Origin: an uncultured Candidatus Saccharibacteria bacterium | GTDB taxonomy: Bacteria > Patescibacteriota > Saccharimonadia > CAILAD01 > BJGX01 | Length of the DNA: 64,000 nt | Reading direction: 5' to 3' | Assembly (NCBI GenBank): GCA_964610335.1 | Contig: CAZSVP010000003.1 | Span: forward strand, 13,531 to 77,530 | Shown: piece after piece, positions 61,985 to 64,000 of the stretch | Numbering within the stretch: the stretch's first letter is position 1 | Layout of the letters: each line of letters starts with the position of its first letter | Position numbers and translations under genes: made by a program | The notes under the pieces: model-generated | What the model saw: the letters and a program-made list of their open reading frames with translations, nothing else | What the model was told of the DNA's origin: nothing | The model's database searches: none

Positions 61985-62851
61985 ATGTTTATCTTGGCTG
62001 TATCTATCGTAACCTCAAGAAAATGCTATAATATCTCCATGAAAATCCGTGATCGTGTGAAGCGGCTGACTCAATATTTCTCTAAGACTCAGCGCTATGT
62101 GGGCTCAATCGCTTTGGCTCAATTTGCCGCAGCTAGCTTTATATTATATTTGACTCCGTACGGAGCTTTGCTGGTGCCACTCATACCAGCACTCAATCTG
62201 CTATTGTTCTCGCGCCTGATAGTCAAGCGTAATTTCAGCTATTTGTTGGTTAAGTCTTTGCGCTCAACATTTTGGTGGCTGATGTGGTGTATGTATGTGT
62301 TTAGTATGCATGTGATCCAAACCATTCCACTATGGATGTATCTGCTGCTCATGGTGATTGGCATTGCGGTCTATATATTATTGGTAGTAGAGGATTTGCG
62401 AGCTGAGCCACGCAAGTTACTCGATACTATATTGAGTCTGTTGTTTGTACTAACTAGTTTCAATGTAGCCGCACTGCTTGTGGCGCAGTGGCACTGGCCT
62501 GTGGTACTGGTGATGGTGCTGTTGTGGCTTGTAAGCTATGTGGTGAGTCTGTTTTGGATACTCGAATACAGTAAGTCACCTCAAGTATTGGCAGGCTTGT
62601 GGGCGTTTCTGGTAGTAGAACTGTTTTGGGTGGTATCGCGCTGGCTAATCCTCTACACAGTGCCGCATACGCCTATTCTAATCAGCCAGATTGGACTTAT
62701 AGTGACCGCCTTGGCCTATTGTTGGGGTGGCATATACATACATCACAAAAACAAGACTCTCAAACGGTCACTGGTGTTTGAGTACATCGTTGTAGCTAGT
62801 GTCGTGTTTCTGATACTCGTCGCACTGAGTAAGTGGAGTGTATCGATATAA
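61985..62851 (+). CDS. Hypothetical polytopic membrane protein
   Basis: Multiple hydrophobic helices. An alternative start is at 62039. Confidence 0.45.
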   Translation: MFILAVSIVTSRKCYNISMKIRDRVKRLTQYFSKTQRYVGSIALAQFAAASFILYLTPYGALLVPLIPALNLLLFSRLIVKRNFSYLLVKSLRSTFWWLMWCMYVFSMHVIQTIPLWMYLLLMVIGIAVYILLVVEDLRAEPRKLLDTILSLLFVLTSFNVAALLVAQWHWPVVLVMVLLWLVSYVVSLFWILEYSKSPQVLAGLWAFLVVELFWVVSRWLILYTVPHTPILISQIGLIVTALAYCWGGIYIHHKNKTLKRSLVFEYIVVASVVFLILVALSKWSVSI

Positions 62852-62933
62852 GTAATAAGGCTAATGGCCGAAGTATCATGCCTCAGCCTTCAGTCTAAAA
62901 ACTTAAGACATAATTATTCGGAGGAGAATTATA

Positions 62934-64000
62934 ATGCCCGATCCTAAACCTGTAGCTCAAAAACATCAACCAAAAGCATTAAGCCCTACCAAACTTGTAA
63001 TTATTTGTATTGTGCTATCACTTGCGGCTGGTCTAGCCGGGGCTTGGGGATTTCTACAAATTCTCACTCACAATGGTAAACCACTTAGTACTGAGCTGAG
63101 TCGCAAAGAAATAGTTAGCCAAGACAGAGCCATCATTGATGTAGCGAGCCGAGTTGGGCCTTCGGTGGTCAGTATAGTTAGTACTCAGAACGGGCGCGAT
63201 ATATTTGGCCGCAGCGTACAACAGCAAGGCGCAGGTACTGGCATAATTGTCAAAGCCGATGGGCTAGTCATGACTAATAAACACGTGGTGACTGGTGGCA
63301 CTAGCTTCACTATAGTTACTTCCGATGGCAAGCAGTTCCAGGGCGGCAAGGTGGTAGCGACCGATCCTACCAATGATATCGCTTTTCTCAAGTTTGACCC
63401 TGGCAACACCAAGCTTCAGCCGGCAGAGCTAGGCGACAGCAGTACCGTTGAAGTTGGCCAGACTGTAATTGCCATTGGCAATGCTCTCGGACAATTCCAA
63501 AACACTGTTACCACTGGTGTAATTTCTGGCAAATCGCGACCTATTACGGCAAGTGGTGGTAGTGAGGGCGCCGAGAGTTTGCAAAACCTATTCCAGACCG
63601 ATGCTGCTATCAATCCTGGTAACTCGGGTGGGCCACTGGTGAGTATCGATGGCAAGGTGATTGGTATCAATACCGCTGTGGCTGGCGAAGGTGCGCAGAA
63701 CATTGGCTTTGCTATCCCCATCAACGAAGCCAAAGCTGATCTTACGAGCGTGATTGAAAAGGGCAAGATTGTGAAAGCCTACTTAGGTGTACGCTACATA
63801 GCAGTTACTCCAGACTTTGCTCAAGCCAATGGTTTGCCAGTAGAACACGGGGCTTTTGTGCAGGGTGCTAGCTCGGTACAAAGCGACAGTCCAGCCGCCA
63901 AGGCCGGTCTTCAGCAAGGCGATATCATCACTAAGATAAATGGCAAAGATATCAATGCCGATACCACACTCAGCTCAATTGTTGGCCAGTTCAAGCCAGG
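62934..64000 (+). CDS. htrA: HtrA/DegP family serine protease (trypsin domain; 3' end beyond the window)
   Basis: GGAGGAG RBS before the ATG at 62934. N-terminal TM, catalytic triad motifs VMTNKHVV, DIAFLKF and GNSGGPLV, and the frame is open to the window end. It is not in the ORF track because there is no stop in the window. Confidence 0.85.
   Translation, partial: MPDPKPVAQKHQPKALSPTKLVIICIVLSLAAGLAGAWGFLQILTHNGKPLSTELSRKEIVSQDRAIIDVASRVGPSVVSIVSTQNGRDIFGRSVQQQGAGTGIIVKADGLVMTNKHVVTGGTSFTIVTSDGKQFQGGKVVATDPTNDIAFLKFDPGNTKLQPAELGDSSTVEVGQTVIAIGNALGQFQNTVTTGVISGKSRPITASGGSEGAESLQNLFQTDAAINPGNSGGPLVSIDGKVIGINTAVAGEGAQNIGFAIPINEAKADLTSVIEKGKIVKAYLGVRYIAVTPDFAQANGLPVEHGAFVQGASSVQSDSPAAKAGLQQGDIITKINGKDINADTTLSSIVGQFKP

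Noticed and set aside
1-64000. CRISPR arrays, rRNA genes, integrases and transposases
   Set aside because: I scanned for short direct repeats with regular spacing, rRNA-like conserved blocks, and tyrosine or serine recombinase or DDE motifs in the ORF translations. None was found in this window.

Overview
This window looks like a small-genome, Gram-positive-type bacterial chromosome segment, plausibly a Candidatus Saccharibacteria/CPR-like epibiont. That lineage call is an inference from several observations: short, tightly packed housekeeping genes (infB, rbfA, the priA-def-fmt operon, secDF, recJ, hisS, rpsU, ybeY, adk, map, ftsA, ftsZ, nrdR, ileS, ftsW, trxB, rplU, parAB, lepB, htrA), a CBS-less IMP dehydrogenase, a sortase-type sorting signal, and genes with Actinobacteria-like GC content and domain architecture. 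Three regions interrupt this core. First, a GC-rich block at about 33.05-38.5 kb carries a Dda-like helicase, a GGDEF protein and a MarP-like CvpA-trypsin protease. Second, an AT-rich Type I restriction-modification island at about 39.0-46.1 kb has a fused hsdM-hsdS gene, and an unannotated 474-aa gene is co-oriented with hsdR only 10 bp downstream of it. Third, GC-rich cdsA and an adjacent GC-rich unknown gene lie at about 46.1-50.4 kb. Other notable features are a four-member paralogous family of membrane-anchored proteins with conserved N-termini; within it, two adjacent members are an exact tandem duplication including promoter and terminator. There is also a family of three related roughly 240-280 bp intergenic elements with terminal inverted repeats, which may be a MITE or a structured RNA. 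Smaller observations include a probable T-box leader before ileS, two frameshifted genes, two tandem MoaD/ThiS-fold proteins that lack the C-terminal GG, and a candidate structured leader before rplU. No CRISPR array, rRNA or convincing tRNA was seen. All calls come from reading the ORF translations and the sequence by eye; no database searches or computations were run.
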